Shown here: positions 62,704-64,000 of the stretch, one piece after another
How the letters are laid out: every line of letters starts with the position of its first letter
Numbering within the stretch: position 1 is the first letter of the stretch
Assembly: GCF_964355755.1 (NCBI RefSeq)
Contig: NC_092674.1
Span: forward strand, 9,672,001-9,736,000
From: Antedon mediterranea
Lineage: Eukaryota; Animalia; Echinodermata
Direction: 5' to 3'
DNA length: 64,000 bases
Translations under genes and position numbers: made by a program
Notes under the pieces: model-generated
Database searches by the model: none
Told to the model about the DNA's origin: nothing
Seen by the model: the letters and a program-made list of their open reading frames with translations, nothing else

Positions 62704-63217
62704 ATGGAAAACGCTGAAGAGAAATTTCGGCAATTGAAATCGGATCTCAGTAGACACTATGAAAAGGAAAAATACAGATGGTTAAGATTCTGTCTCTTTG
62801 ATAACCTAGACATAGGGGACATTACAGACCCACGTTTTATAGGAATGTTCTTATTCAATAGACTCCACGAAGAAGGTAAAATCACGCCGCAGAATGTCAG
62901 TCTTCTATTAGATATTGCTAAGGTAACACGCTTAAAGCATGCTGAAGATCTGGTACTTCAGTACATGAAGGATAACAATATTCAAAACACTGTAAACATT
63001 TTATTCCCATACCGAAAAAAACTGTTTCGGGCATTGAAACAAAGTGAACAACTTGATTTACAAAGAGTTATTTCTCATTATGATTTACCTACTGAAACGC
63101 CAAATATTTGGGATGCAGTTTTACAATTAGAAATCGACAGAGATTTGGATGATAATCCAGAAAAAATCAAAATATTTGCAAGTCTAGTTGGGAAACGGTC
63201 ACAGGAAGAACTTTACG
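62704..63217 (+). CDS. First coding exon of a tandem death-effector-domain (DED-like) protein; gene continues beyond the window
   Basis: Acceptor ttgcAG at 62683-62684, ATG in aaaATGG context, 171 open codons, donor G|gtatgt. FRQLKSDLS...LRF...LFNRLHEEGKITPQNVSLLLDI is DED-like; a second repeat begins YRKKLFRAL...IWDAVLQLE. Confidence 0.7.
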
Positions 63218-64000
63218 GTATGTAGGCCTATGTTTTTACATTTAGTTGACCACTGATTAAGGATTCTAATAGTCACAAATCTGATCATAATTAAAGATTT
63301 AGGTTGGATGTATTTGAAGTACTGTATGACTAGCAATCATTCTGCATTAATTTTTTTATTCATTTTTGTTTAGTATTTCATTTTTTTGTTAAATAACATT
63401 ATAGGCCTATTGATATCAATCGAACAATATACAATAAAAAGCCAAGTGGCATTCTCTCTAGATAGAACTAATATGTGCGGTATAATCAATACTTTTATTA
63501 ATGAATATATTTATAAAGTCTACACTCATTCAAGGCAATGTTGCGATGGGGTTCATGGTTGATCCATCCCCGAGAGCAGGCTAGTTTCCTCCTGGACATT
63601 CCCCTCACCAACAGCATTTTATTTTATCATTATTCAAACACATTTAAAGTTGTTTTTCAAGATTAGGTCCTAATACTGTGTTTATAAAACTCTTCATTTA
63701 ACGCCACTGTCTCAATTTGTTTATGATTTTTTTCTCAATAATAACTATATTTACGTTACAGCTTTTACATTCTATTGTTGTTTAAATTAAATATTTCTTA
63801 TATAATTTTTTAATTTACGTAATATCTACATAATCTATACAGTAATCCTTAAAATAGCAATGAAAAGGAACGGTATGAACTGGTTGTTTAAATTATACAA
63901 ATTAGAGGTATCTTTGAAGTTTTCATTCATTATCTTGCTATTAGGCCTAATGAGAAGTTTAACCAACCGTTGACTTACTTAAAGGAAGGTAGTAGGATCG

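Overview
AT-rich, intron-rich animal genomic DNA (invertebrate; the repeat and gene content suggests a deuterostome such as an echinoderm, which is inference). Spliced genes reconstructed by hand from GT-AG boundaries: the last exon of an arylsulfatase plus a complete but frameshifted tandem paralogue (+), AIFM1 (-, 16 exons) head-to-head with NAXD/CARKD (+, 9 exons), GUF1 (-, 13 exons) head-to-head with VMA21 (+, 3 exons), AMDHD2 (-, 8 coding exons) and the first coding exon of a tandem death-effector-domain protein (+). Introns and spacers hold many transposon relics (solo LTR, Hero-type and other LINE fragments, Deu/Nin-domain SINEs, Kolobok-, Merlin-, P-, Harbinger-, Tc1/pogo- and Helentron-type non-autonomous elements) and several minisatellites. 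No clearly new multi-gene system is demonstrable. The most unusual signals are two 30-bp inverted repeats with 7-bp target duplications that look like P-superfamily excision footprints in the GUF1-VMA21 promoter, a variant hammerhead-like motif, TAGGCCTA/CTAG tracts at the 5' end of every housekeeping gene, and a decaying arylsulfatase tandem array that preserves filled and empty insertion sites.
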